In this document: piece by piece, positions 52,901-62,518 of the stretch
Layout of the letters: the number at the start of each line of letters is the position of its first letter
Position numbering within the stretch: the first letter of the stretch is position 1
Assembly: GCA_030141605.1 (NCBI GenBank)
Contig: JAQGDQ010000156.1
Span: forward strand, 372,001-436,000
Origin: Tubiluchus corallicola
Taxonomy: Eukaryota > Animalia > Priapulida
Reading direction: 5' to 3'
Length of the DNA stretch: 64,000 bases
Notes under the pieces: generated by a model
Databases searched by the model: none
Seen by the model: only the letters and a program-made list of their open reading frames with translations
What the model was told of the DNA's origin: nothing
Position numbers and translations under genes: made by a program

Positions 52901-55900
52901 GTTTTTCTCTTTGCGTCTTCCCAACACTTAAAAATTTTGCATATTTTGATGTAAGTTTTTTATTGCGTTGAAATGTATAGTGTTGTAGTGTCATATGTAT
53001 GTACACTGACTGTAAATTTTAATTGATCAAAATTAAACTAAATTAAATTTGTTTCTTCTTGGCTGAACTATCTCATTTTGGTTTAATTGTCTAAAGTATT
53101 GACTGTAGTTATTTTCATATTTGACCAAAAATTACTGGTTTTAAAACGTGAATTTTATAACAGCAGGTGGCGTATGTTTTGTAAAGCAATTTTGCCACTA
53201 ATGACACAAGGGAAATACCCTACTTCATCTCTTGTCGCAAAGTATCTAATAGAGTGAAAGTTTTAACACTTGGAAAATTTTTGTCTTAATTTTGTAATTT
53301 AAGGTTCTTAATTGATATAGCATAGTTTTAGCAGATGGAGCTAATGTAGAACTGATGTAAAGAGTGTTGGTATTTGTAACTCACCATATTTTGTAATTGC
53401 AGTGCTGTGTGGCTAGTCAGACAGAAGAAAACAAGGCAGAGATATGCTCTGAAGAAAATAAACAAACAAAATCTTGTGCTGAGAAATCAAATTAATCAGG
53501 CTTATGTTGAAAGAGACATCATGACGTTCACTGATAATCCGTTTGTTGTGACCATGTTTGGCACTTACGAAACAAAGGTAAGAGCATTTCTAAATTTAAT
53601 GCAGTAGACTAGTTTGTTTTGCATCCTGCAGGCTGGAATCCGGTGCTTAGGACAGTATATACTTAATTCAGATAGTTGTGGTGGGACCAGGACGTAGCAC
53701 ATTATCAAAAATGGTCCTATAAGTTGAGATCCTGAATTGCCATAGGTGCTTTTGCCATTTTTGGATACGTTTACCGTCTCTCTGAGCAAGAGGTATATAC
53801 ACAAGTAGAGTAGCAGATGAAAGTACCCTAATATAGTTTTTTTGTCATCACCATCCACTTACTAATCTGCCCTACGTTGCTTAACTTTGAATCAAACATG
53901 CATGACAACCAGTTAGTTATTCTCTTTGCTAAGATGTCAGCTTAATGAGATTGAATAATGAGATTGCTTAATGAGCTTAATGATAAAGTGAATAGAAGAT
54001 GGTAAGCTGTTATTTCTGCATTACTGTTTCTTCCTTTTTAAATCAATTATAAATTCATTAAAGTTATAAATTCCTTTCTGAAAAGGTAGAAAATGGATTA
54101 ATTCTGTTATTAAAAATCTTGTTTTTACATTCTAGAAACACTTATGCATGGTAATGGAGTTCGTGGAAGGTGGCGATTGTGCGACTTTGCTGAAGAACAT
54201 GGGCCCGCTGCCCCTCGACATGGCTCGCATGTACTTTGCGGAGACGGTGCTGGCATTGGAGTATCTTCACAGCTACGGCATTGTTCATAGAGACTTGAAG
54301 CCAGATAATCTTCTTATCACTTCCGAAGGCCACATTAAACTAACAGACTTTGGTTTATCGAAGATGGGACTGATGAGCTTAACAACTAACATGTATGAGA
54401 TTTTTCTTGATAAGGACACGAAACAGTTTAACGACAAGCAAGTCTGCGGCACCCCGGAGTATATTGCACCGGAAGTTATTCTTCGACAAGGGTATGGAAA
54501 GCCGGTGGATTGGTGGGCCATGGGGATCATACTTTATGAGTTCCTGGTGGGCTGTGTTCCGTTCTTTGGTGAGACCCCCGAGGAATTGTTTGCTCATACA
54601 ATTAATAGTGATATTGAGTGGCCCGAAGACGAATACGCCCCACCGGAAGATGCTCAGGACTTGATAAGATGTTTGCTGCAGCAGAATCCCATTGACCGAC
54701 TGGGCACCGGGGGTGCACAGGAGGTCAGAGAGCATCGGTTCTTTGAAGAACTTGACTGGGAGAGTCTGCTGAGACGTAAAGCTTCTTTCGTACCACAACT
54801 GGATGACGAAGAGGACACAAGTTATTTTGACAGTGAGTAGCTTAATCTGTGTTACCTTATAGAAGGTTGCAGTTATTTAATTTGCGATTAAACAGTAGTG
54901 CAAATGAATTTACATAAACTTGGATATATACGACAATTTTTTATTACAACTTTTCAAATGGATTTGATTGCACCACCTTCTCATATTGATAAATGCCTAC
55001 AGTTTGTGAAATTCATTATTTTGCTTTCAGTGGCATAAAGCACAATCCTCATTCCACACCAAAAAATAATTATCGGCTTTATATGCAAAGCTAGAAGATA
55101 GAGGCTAGCAGTGATATTTAACTTTTTTCAGCTCGGGCTGATCGCTATTGCCATGATGGTGATTCTGAAAATGACGATGTGGACGACAACGTTGTCTTTG
55201 GCAGCTTTTCGTCATGTTCTCCGCGTTATTCACGGGTCTGTTCCCGCACTGATTCAGAGGGCGGTGGAGATGAGGTAGGTCTATCTTTGTAAAAACGGAT
55301 TTAGATGGCTTATACAATAGCGAAATTGTTATATGAATAATATCTGTGACTTTGCTGTTCTAACAAATTTCTACTTGCCCAATTTTTAAACAGGGTTTCC
55401 ACGGTCAGAGTAAATCCTTGAAAATTCTTGTAAATACAGGCTATCCTAGAAAGTGATGGAAAAGTCAGGGAAAAAATAATTTGGAAAAAAATCAGGGAAA
55501 ATGATAAACATGGAGCGAAAAGTCGAGGAAATTGGAAAGGGTTGCAAAAATAATCACCATGACCGATATTCTTGCAAACATATTTTCCAGCGATTCGTGT
55601 TCAAATAAAATTTTCTTATGGCAGGCTCCCAGTTTCGATTTCTGTTCCAAAAATGATGATTGGCCGACACATTATATTACCAGTACATGTATAAATGTCC
55701 ATACACAAAAATTTTTGAATAAACCTATTGGTAATGCAATTTCTGCTTATCTTCGTTATGGAAAATCAATATTTGGTCAGGGAAAGGTTATGGAAACTCT
55801 GTGAGAACCCAGTAATTGAATGCCGGTCATGAGTTTTGAGAAGAAAAGTAACCAAGTGACGAGCCAAATAACTTCCTTATGTGTTGATGCTTCATAAATA

Positions 55901-58900
55901 GATTCCATGACCAACAATTACAATTACATGCATGTATTTTTCACCTGTCTTTTCCCCATTTAACTGAAGTAGCTACATGTTGTACCTTGTGAAGTATTTG
56001 AGAACATTGTTTTTATAGACCTCTAAAGACTCCAGTTTGAACGATTCGAATGAATCGGGAACCGGGAAGCCAGTGTTGAAAAAAGTGAGCTCAAACACGT
56101 CCGAAGTCTCTGCTATATCCACTGATTCTGAGTCACGGAAAGGCAGCCAGTCTGAAGTATCTGAAGATGGCAGCACTAGTAGCGTGCCCAGTGTGCCGGT
56201 AGTTCGCACTACCGTGAAAGAAGTTTCTGAATCATCAGACAGGTGGGTGTTAGAAAATGCTGTTACTGTGGTCTTTTGTACCAATTCTCTTCCACAATGG
56301 TTTTGTATTACATTGCATTGGTAAAAATACACTGAACTGCAGGTTTAGAGTTCAAGTCTATTTATTTTAAGATGAATCGCTTTTCTGTTTCGACTGTTCC
56401 AACCATAACACTTAACCATAATCTTTTCCAATTGGCCAAACTTTGAAACATTTTAAAGCCTGCTTCACCAGAGACAGAGTGCATGAAAGATAAGAGTGTT
56501 TACAGAGTGACTGTCCAAAAGTTACTGCCTCTCTGTGTTAGCTTTTTCGTTACGTTTTTTAAGAGCAAAACGATTCACTGAATCAGGAAGCTTTTTTTAA
56601 CTAGGTGACATTCATGAGGTACCTCTTAGTACAAGCAATTACTAAGTCAATGTCCTAGTGACGATATTTTGTACAAAACAAGAAGCAGGAAATACTTCAA
56701 AACAACAGAAATCAATAATCCTATGACAATGTCATTTGATATTTATTTATTTAATATAATTGGGGCTGATTTGTGTTTGATTAGCTTGTTGTACTATTTA
56801 TACTCGTAGACTAGATTTTGTATGCACTGACTCAGTTTAAAGCAGTGTAAATTAAGTGTGGTTAAACTTCATCATTTCCACAAAAGTAACGTGTTAAGAT
56901 ATGATACCCTGTTTGATTTATAGTTGGTTGTACAATATTACTTGGGGAGAATATCAATGTTTAATTATTATTCATGGTTCCCACGGTCAGGGAAAATCGT
57001 AAAAAATCCTTGAAAATATCCTGGAAAGTCATGGAAAAGTTAGGCAAAAAGATAATTTGGTAAGAAGCCAGGGAAAATGGTGAAAATGGGACGAAAAGTC
57101 AGGGAAATTGGAAAGGATTGCTATAAACCTGATATTTTTTTCAAACATATTTTTCAGTGATTCATGTTCAAATAAAATTTTGCTATCGCAGGCTCCCAGT
57201 TTCAATTTCTGCTCCAAAAGTAATTATTGGGTTAAAAAAGTTTATTCAATGTGATTATTGTGATTTCATTAGCTTCTCTGCAACTGTGCTGAAGCATTAT
57301 ACAGTGTTCCCTCGCTACTTTGCGGTTCGTTTTTCGCGGACTCACTGTTTCGCAGGTTTTCTAAGAATATTATAAATCATAAAAAATTACCATTTACAGT
57401 AAACAGCGTATTTATTCGGCGGATGAATACACACCAAAAATGAAATGTAGTACTTACGCCCGCTTGAGATGCTACTTGCCGACGTGAAATTATACACAAC
57501 ACACAATTGGTTGATTGATATCCCAGTCGCTGATTGGCTCAGGCACCGTGGAATTTGTTTACTTGTTCTCTATTTGTGAAATTTTCGTTAGAGACTGAAT
57601 TTATTCAAGCCCTACGATGCCACCCAAACGTGTAAGTATTAAATAAGTATAGCGTCTCTACTTTGCGGAAATTCACTTATCGCGGGTGGGCCTGGAACGG
57701 AACACCCGCGATAAGTGAGGGAACACTGTTTATTTTGGTCAGGGAAAAGGGTCATGGAAATTTATTTCAAAATTCTGTGGGAACCCGTAGTATTCTATTT
57801 GCCAAACAGAATGTTCCAAATGTGTTGGCTTTCAGTGGAAATTATCAATGTTACTTATTCACCTTTTAGTGAAGTCAACAAAATAGTGTCTCACTCCACT
57901 CCCCAATCCGCAGTGGCCGACGAGCGACGGGAATCCAGCTCTTCACCGCAGCAGGTGACGCTCCGAGAGTCCCAGCAACAACAGCAACAGCAACAACAGC
58001 AGCAACAACAACAACAAGCCAATGGGAAAGATGCATTACCCAAGTTTTCCATCTCTGTGGAAGATGGCGGACGTGTGGAGCAGACCCTGCCACCAAAGGT
58101 AATTGCATCTTAATTTACTATTCAACTTACATAGTGGTTCTCTTACTTCAGCTCGGCTCTGTTCGTTCCGGGCTTCTTCTAGCAGTAAGAACTAGGTTTA
58201 TGTATATCACGTGAAATGTGTATTTAACTACAAGTGATTAAATGTAGTCAGGGGAGCTGCACTTGACTGTTAGTTCAGTGTAGAATAAAATTTAATTGTT
58301 TTAATAATCATATAAAGTACAAGTTTGTGCGTACCATTAAAATAGTTTTTTCATTTTCAGAAATTAGAATTTTTTTAGTACAAGAATTGTATTTTTAGGA
58401 GCTGTCACCTGTTGAAGAAAAAGAGAAAGAAAAAGAGGTCACAAAGGAGCCAGAGAGGAGCAGTTCGCCTGTGGTTAGAGGCGCTGTATTACGTAAGCCA
58501 AGATTAAAGGCTGCCATACCCAAGTCATCCTCGCATACAACATTGTCATTGGTTATACCAGATAGTAAGTACTTAGTTTAACCAATATTTTTATTTGATA
58601 AGAAACATTACCATCATAAGTACATTTATAATAAAAACAATGGACAAAAGCCTTTCAGAGAGTAGATACGTCATTTATAAGTTTAATAGGCACGATTACA
58701 AAAACTGTTATTTTTATTTATGCATTAAGCAAGAGCGAAATTGAAGTTTGTAACAGTAGTAAGACTTAACAAGTTAATCCTATTTTTGCCTTTTATACTC
58801 GCCTTTAATTTTTGAGAAAGTGTAGGTCTCTAGTATGTTTGTTGTTTCGTGTTTGTGTTTGTCTATCTGTCTTCTTCTGAGTGATTAGTAATTTTGTAAG

Positions 58901-61900
58901 AGCTTAGAACATACTTTTGTTGCTACATATGCACAAGCACTGTCAAGTCAGAGATTTTAACAAGCTTATGGTATTTTAGTTTGTCTAATGGTTTTGTTTT
59001 TCTCAGAGTTCAGTATACTTATTAACTTTATGTTGACGGATAATCAACTAATTTTTGCTTTACAGATGTGACACCACCAATTTGCTCACCAGGTGGCTCC
59101 AGTACCAGTTCTCGCGATGCCTCGCCAAGTCGTGAAATTCCGCTTGTCCAGCACTTACGACCGCCTATCATTATTAAAAAATCGGCCCGTGGTTTTGGTT
59201 TCACTCTGCAAGCAATTCGAGTGTACATGGGCGATTCTGATGTCTATACCATGCATCATTTGGTTTATGTAAGTTTTTGCTGTCGTATTTCTTTTTAGAT
59301 TAGAGAAATATTTCTATTGCCAAACTTATTACGTTTTGAAGTGAGCTATTTTGATAAGATTAAGATTTTATAGAATTGCTAATTATAATTTCGTATAATT
59401 TCAGGCGGTTGATCCAAATGGTCCAGCTTTTGAAGCGGGTCTGCGTCCCATGGATTTGGTCACTCATATTAATTCGGAATCTGTTCAGGGACTCATTCAT
59501 TCGCAGGTAAGCTTTCTCATTATATGATTATTGCAATCATTTAAGTACCAAAGGATTCTTTGTCTTAATGTTGCTGTTCTGATTGTGTTGGTTTCGGCTT
59601 TTCCAATTGCCTGGCTGGCTCTGAGAAAAGGCAGTGTGATATGCAATAAGAAATGCCATAAGTGCATTAAGCCCAGCTGACCTATGTTTGTTCCTGGTGC
59701 TTGACACTATATTCGGACAAACGGAGTCGATGATCAGAGAAGTAGATTATTCAACTTGACAGAAGTGAACACTGATTTACATTTGACAGAAAGATCATTT
59801 ATGATATGCATTCAAAATGCCCTGTTCTTTGAATCAAAAGTTCAAAGTTAAGATTAGAGAACGAATAAATAAATGAGTGAGAATGAGAATGAATGATTTA
59901 AATTTTTTAAAGTTGTAACTCAAAATGAGTGACAGAATTTGTTGCAGTCGTTGTCCTATAGTAGTAACAGGAGCCATACTCTTCAAGGGCATTGAAAAGG
60001 CAGTGGACAAAGTATGCAACCTTTATTTCACGTTTTGCACCAGCCATGAAATTTCTTATCAGTACTCGAACTTTTGTAGGTAGAGAAGGATTGGTATGTG
60101 TAAAAAAGAAAACATTAGTAGTTTTTGCTATTCTTTTTAAGGTGATTCGATTAATACTTTCTGGAGGACCAAGATTAAATGTCAGGGCAATACCTCTAGA
60201 CCAGACCTCTATCAAAACTGGAGCAAGAAAACGTAACCCAGGTCAAGGCAAAATGGCACGCAGTCGTGGTGGTTCTCGTCGCCGACATCACAAACGGAGC
60301 GAAACGGACAAACGAAGGCGGTCGTCATTATTTCGCAGGTACTTAACGTTTCGTTACAAAATTTACTTTAAATTTCTCCAACTCTTTGGGTATATTTGTC
60401 TCTAATCTTGCATAATATATTGTAGGTTGAGCAACAAGCGTGCAAGTGCTGAAGGGTTGTTGCCTGGTTCCCCAGTCATCACTCCAAGCAGGAGTTTTGG
60501 ATCATCACTCAACCGATCGCTGTCGTCTACAGAGAGCCTCTCCGGTTCCCCTACACGAGTGGGCAAATCTCCGCCGAGCAAAATACTGTCACCTCCCGAT
60601 TCCGCTCACTCTACAGGCACGTTATGAAAGTTAATACACTTATTTATTTATTATTTATTTGCTTGTTTATTTTTTTGCTCATTCATTTATTTATTCTTTA
60701 ACTTCTTGATTTGTAGATCCACATTTAAGCAAATTTCCATTTTTTTGTTTGTATGGAATTCATCGTAAAAATTGACATAGGATTAACTGATGTTCATTAC
60801 TACCAACTTCAATTAAATAGGAAATAATTCCGGATAAAATGGTAAAACAGTACGTACCGGTGTGAAAAAAGAAAATTAAAAGCAAAAAATTGTAGCTCGC
60901 CATCATCAATTAAAAATATAACAAGTTAGGAAAAGTAAAAACAACTGCATAGGAAGAAAAAAACAAGCACTGCACAGATAGTTCATTTCATCTGTTATTT
61001 TATAGCTGATTTTTTGCTTTTGAGACCCATTTCTCAAATGCTTCTCCTGAAATAAATAAATCAATTGGGAGGCTGTAAAGGGCATGCAATGTTTTATTCC
61101 TCTTAATGACGACAAGTTTTGGGTGATGTTTCATATTTTAAAAAATAATTCTATGTAGACTGTTAGTCTTAATAGATTAGTAAACTAATAAGTATTTATT
61201 TAATTTACAGGTAGCACATCATCTCAGAGCTCATCTCCTAGCTCCAGTGTTCCGAATTCTCCTGCAAACTCTACGCACTACAGTCAGCGACCTAGTTCAC
61301 TACACGGGCTCAAACACAAACTAGTTCAGACATTCCGATCTCCTCATCGACGAAAATCCGTCGGACATATTCCGCTGTCGCCGCTTGCCAGGACGCCGTC
61401 TCCGGGACCAGTTCCCACATCGCCAACCAGGTCACCCAGTCCGCTGGCTATGCCGCTAGCTGCAAATGTTGCTCACGTTCCGGGAAGCTCGTCTCACGCA
61501 CAACTTTTTCCTGCTCACATTGCTACGAATCCGGTGATTAAGCGGGCGTTAACACGGCCCAAGAGTCAGGACACACTGAACTCTGCATCGCCTCTCACAC
61601 GGGTGCGAAGGACCTCATCACCGGATCGTTTGCACCCTAGTTCCGCTATCACAATACCACCTGCAGTATCCATCACGGCACCGACTCCACCACCGCAGAA
61701 ACCTCCAGTTTTAAAAGAAGCATCTTGTGATCCTACTGAATCAAGCGAACTGCAAAAATCAGAGATCAAAGAAGGGCAGGCTGCTGCTGCCGCTCCTTCG
61801 ACCAAATCGGCAAAACATGCCGCATCGTCCACAGAGAAGAAAGAGAAATCTGAAAAGAAAACTAGTCCAAAGAGCGCCAAGCCTCCGAAGAGTGACTTCA

Positions 61901-62004
61901 AAGAGAAACGGAAGGAGATGGACCGCAGAAAAGAGGACAGTCTAAAGAGGAAGGATGACAAGAAAAAAGAAACAAGCGAACACAAGAAGGACATGAAAAA
62001 GTGA
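19017..62004 (+). CDS. MAST: MAST-family microtubule-associated Ser/Thr kinase (DUF1908-kinase-PDZ), spliced gene, conserved part; 5' end variable
   Basis: 21 exons with matching splice phases. They encode MAST motifs [139 protein letters not shown] and [19 protein letters not shown]. Confidence 0.97.
20015..20088 (+). CDS. MAST: MAST exon [24 protein letters not shown]
   Basis: tttcag| and ACG|gtaagt; conserved RKSL..TSPTLPR.HSP motif; phase 2 to 1. Confidence 0.93.
21061..21091 (+). CDS. Candidate alternative first coding exon [10 protein letters not shown](R)
   Basis: ATG followed by AAC|gtgagt, phase 1, in frame with acceptor 40251. It is short, so chance is possible. Confidence 0.35.
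22878..23172 (-). mobile_element. Harbinger-like MITE, inverted relative to 3310-3601
   Basis: TAA TSD on both sides; the last ~60 bp are the reverse complement of the start of copy 1. Confidence 0.85.
23325..24012. repeat. Tandem array, 58-bp unit GGGCCTGTGGATGGTTGTAGTGTGACCAAAACCCAGCACATTATCCAGGCCACTGGAA, about 12 copies
   Basis: Direct head-to-tail repeats with scattered substitutions. Confidence 0.96.
24633..24672. repeat. (TG)n/(TGCG)n microsatellite
   Basis: Seen directly. Confidence 0.9.
26070..26244 (-). mobile_element. Kolobok-like element fragment, third copy
   Basis: Ends GCT|TTAA; reverse complement aligns with 46394-46560. Confidence 0.55.
31015..31685. repeat. Tandem array, about 59-bp unit (...ATTTGTGAGCATTCTGGTATGCAGGAAATGTATATAAAGATTTTTGCAA...), about 11 copies
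   Basis: Visible head-to-tail repeats with indels. Confidence 0.95.
33557..34031. repeat. Degenerate A-rich tandem array, about 103-bp unit, about 4.5 copies
   Basis: AACAGAAGAA...AAAACAGAACT..ACAGCACAAATAG..AATAAAGGA.TCAA recurs at about 33558, 33670, 33773, 33875 and 33979. Confidence 0.85.
35639..35735 (+). CDS. MAST: Candidate alternative first coding exon [32 protein letters not shown](R)
   Basis: First ATG after in-frame TAA at 35582. Donor TAC|gtaagt, phase 1, in frame with exon 40251. SP-rich like the following exon; upstream region is CpG-rich. Confidence 0.7.
38904..38982 (+). CDS. MAST: Candidate alternative first coding exon [26 protein letters not shown](R)
   Basis: gacATGG Kozak context; donor GAC|gtatgt, phase 1, in frame with exon 40251; GC-richer than the flanks. 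Confidence 0.6.
39979..40006 (+). promoter_or_regulatory. Candidate internal promoter: NRF1-type GCGCATGCGCA plus TATAAAA
   Basis: Exact motifs at 39979-39989 and 40000-40006, followed by a gtaagt donor at 40121. Confidence 0.4.
40251..40323 (+). CDS. MAST: MAST exon [23 protein letters not shown]
   Basis: ttttgcag| and ACG|gtaagc; conserved [10 protein letters not shown]...HF.F; phase 1 to 2. Confidence 0.95.
40868..40921. repeat. (AG)n microsatellite
   Basis: Pure AG run. Confidence 0.97.
43014..43326 (-). mobile_element. Harbinger-like MITE, diverged copy
   Basis: Same TIR family; flanks TGA/TTA. Confidence 0.75.
43345..43392 (-). mobile_element. tRNA-derived (SINE-head-like) fragment
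   Basis: Reverse complement GGTTCATAGCTGAGTGGTAACGTGTGCCTGCTTCGCATAGAGAGG resembles a tRNA 5' half with box A; no 3' half seen. Confidence 0.45.
43459..43552 (+). CDS. MAST: MAST exon, start of DUF1908 ([20 protein letters not shown])
   Basis: Canonical splice sites; highly conserved MAST motif; phase 2 to 0. Confidence 0.96.
43843..44015 (+). CDS. MAST: MAST DUF1908 exon [13 protein letters not shown]...MRPRSRSL
   Basis: Acceptor ttgaag| (alternative in-frame cag 6 nt downstream), donor GAG|gtaagc; conserved motifs. Confidence 0.95.
46179..46254 (+). CDS. MAST: MAST DUF1908 exon [25 protein letters not shown]
   Basis: ttttag| and AAG|gtaatc; conserved VYKERFPK. Confidence 0.96.
46394..46765 (+). 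mobile_element. Kolobok-like element fragment (TTAA|AGG terminus)
   Basis: Homologous by eye to the reverse complements of 51870-52220 and 26070-26244; the other end was not located. Confidence 0.65.
47785..48455. repeat. Tandem array, 28-bp unit TGAACACATCGATGTCACTTGTGTGAAA, about 24 copies
   Basis: Head-to-tail repeats; they explain the repetitive minus-strand ORFs at 47741-48445. Confidence 0.97.
48766..48969 (+). CDS. MAST: MAST DUF1908 exon ATQQMEERL...LERLLCD
   Basis: cttag| and GAT|gtaagt; conserved [14 protein letters not shown]. Confidence 0.96.
49361..49666 (+). repeat. About 64-bp tandem repeat, 5 copies; the last copy contains the real splice acceptor and exon start
   Basis: tttt/catttctgtt..caca..g..caat(c/t)aaggtctgaatcag recurs at about 49361, 49429, 49493, 49556 and 49620. 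Confidence 0.88.
49641..49739 (+). CDS. MAST: MAST DUF1908 exon [33 protein letters not shown]
   Basis: cccacag| and TTG|gtgagt; conserved [14 protein letters not shown]. Confidence 0.96.
50012..50147 (+). CDS. MAST: MAST exon [19 protein letters not shown]...LGLNRDPLA
   Basis: ttccag| and CAG|gtgagt; conserved end of DUF1908. Confidence 0.96.
50635..50670 (+). CDS. MAST: Candidate 36-nt cassette microexon (V)[11 protein letters not shown]
   Basis: Branch-like gctaat, ccttttcacag| acceptor, AAG|gttaat donor; phase 1 to 1; no stop. Confidence 0.6.
51176..51329 (+). CDS. MAST: MAST linker and kinase start (PDTPDTDES...[14 protein letters not shown])
   Basis: tttcag| and TGG|gtgagt; MAST-type Gly-loop SNGAYG. 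Confidence 0.96.
51870..52220 (-). mobile_element. Kolobok-like element fragment, inverted copy
   Basis: Ends CCT|TTAA at 52220; colinear with 46394-46765. Confidence 0.65.
53403..53577 (+). CDS. MAST: MAST kinase N-lobe exon (AVWLVRQK...ALKK...VERDIMTF...ETK)
   Basis: ttgcag| and AAG|gtaaga; catalytic Lys and alphaC Glu present. Confidence 0.97.
53844..53895 (-). pseudogene. 5S rRNA-derived fragment (internal control region)
   Basis: Reverse complement AAGTTAAGCAACGTAGGGCAGATTAGTAAGTGGATGGTGA resembles invertebrate 5S AAGTTAAGCAACGTCGRGCCCGGTTAGTACTTGGATGGGTGA (recalled). Confidence 0.65.
54136..54832 (+). CDS. MAST: MAST kinase catalytic core exon ([14 protein letters not shown]) plus start of AGC C-tail
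   Basis: ttctag| and ACA|gtgagt; catalytic motifs intact; ends EEDTSYFD. Confidence 0.98.
55132..55274 (+). CDS. MAST: MAST AGC C-tail exon (T)RADRY...[14 protein letters not shown]...GDE
   Basis: ttttcag| and GAG|gtaggt; hydrophobic-motif-like FGSFSS; phase 1 to 0. Confidence 0.93.
55391..55812 (+). mobile_element. hAT-like MITE (CAGGGTTYCCAC...GTGRGAACCC.G), copy 1
   Basis: Terminal inverted repeats, internal GTCAGGGAAA motifs, second copy at 56973. The 8-bp TSD is not clearly preserved. Confidence 0.75.
56019..56242 (+). CDS. MAST: MAST Ser-rich linker exon
   Basis: tttatag| and CAG|gtgggt; phase 0 to 2 fits neighbours. Confidence 0.88.
56973..57787 (+). mobile_element. hAT-like MITE copy 2, interrupted by a nested element
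   Basis: Colinear with copy 1 on both sides of 57302-57728. Confidence 0.78.
57302..57728 (+). mobile_element. Tigger/pogo-like (Tc1/mariner superfamily) MITE
   Basis: TA|CAGTGTTCCCTCGCTA...TAAGTGAGGGAACACTG|TT; subterminal 15-bp hairpin; ATGCCACCCAAACGT (MPPKR) remnant. Confidence 0.85.
57870..58098 (+). CDS. MAST: MAST linker exon with Q15 tract
   Basis: ttttag| and AAG|gtaatt; phase 2 to 0. Confidence 0.88.
58399..58564 (+). CDS. MAST: MAST exon [10 protein letters not shown]...[14 protein letters not shown]
   Basis: ttttag| and ATA|gtaagt; KS.S.T.LSL.IP motif recalled from MAST kinases. Confidence 0.9.
59066..59268 (+). CDS. MAST: MAST PDZ exon 1 (SSRDASPSR...[13 protein letters not shown]...HHLVY)
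   Basis: ttacag| and TAT|gtaagt; PDZ GFGF loop. Confidence 0.96.
59405..59506 (+). CDS. MAST: MAST PDZ exon 2 ([34 protein letters not shown])
   Basis: tttcag| and CAG|gtaagc; PDZ PA..AGL...D.I..IN pattern. Confidence 0.96.
60142..60338 (+). CDS. MAST: MAST PDZ end and basic region (VIRLILSGG...TSIKTG...RRRSSLFR)
   Basis: tttaag| and CAG|gtactt; phase 0 to 2. Confidence 0.94.
60426..60616 (+). CDS. MAST: MAST exon LSNKRAS...[17 protein letters not shown]...AHST, ending at a GC donor
   Basis: tgtag| acceptor; CAG|gcacgt donor gives the phase 1 needed by exon 61211. Confidence 0.9.
61211..62004 (+). CDS. MAST: MAST terminal coding exon ([16 protein letters not shown]...[19 protein letters not shown]...Lys-rich tail, TGA)
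   Basis: tttacag|; conserved motifs; in frame with ORF 61450-62004. Confidence 0.95.
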
Positions 62005-62487
62005 TTCTAGAGTTTTATTTGTTCAACAGTTTTGTGGTCGTGTGATTGTGATCAATTCTTGCTTTTATCGTGTGCGAATGTGATTGTTGGTGTGTGTATA
62101 AAAATGCACGTAGGTGTTCAAGTAATAATATTAACAAACTTTATAAACGTGACATATTGGATGAGCATGCATCTATGGTAAATGAATGCTGTACAAGCCA
62201 CAAATGTTGGTCGCAAGTTCTTATATGAATCCTCAACAAAACAATTCTGCCATACTCGAACATGTGTCCATTAGAAGTAAGCTTATAAGTAAGTAGCAAT
62301 TTGCCTAGACTAACTCAGCACTCTATTTTGAATGATTTATCTGCATTATTCGAGTCACGCCTTCTGTTGTATAGTAAGACCAAAAAAGAATCATAATTAG
62401 TCAATTTATTGTACGCATAGAGTCTGCAGTTGATGTGTCTCGGTTGTAAATTGACGGCATTGCACGCTCTTGTATTATATATGTATT

Positions 62488-62518
<31 letters not shown>

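Noticed and set aside
54285-54798. Antisense and alternative-frame ORFs over the kinase exon (likewise 51165, 55973, 57875, 61566)
   Set aside because: Shadows of GC-richer coding exons with no independent signals.
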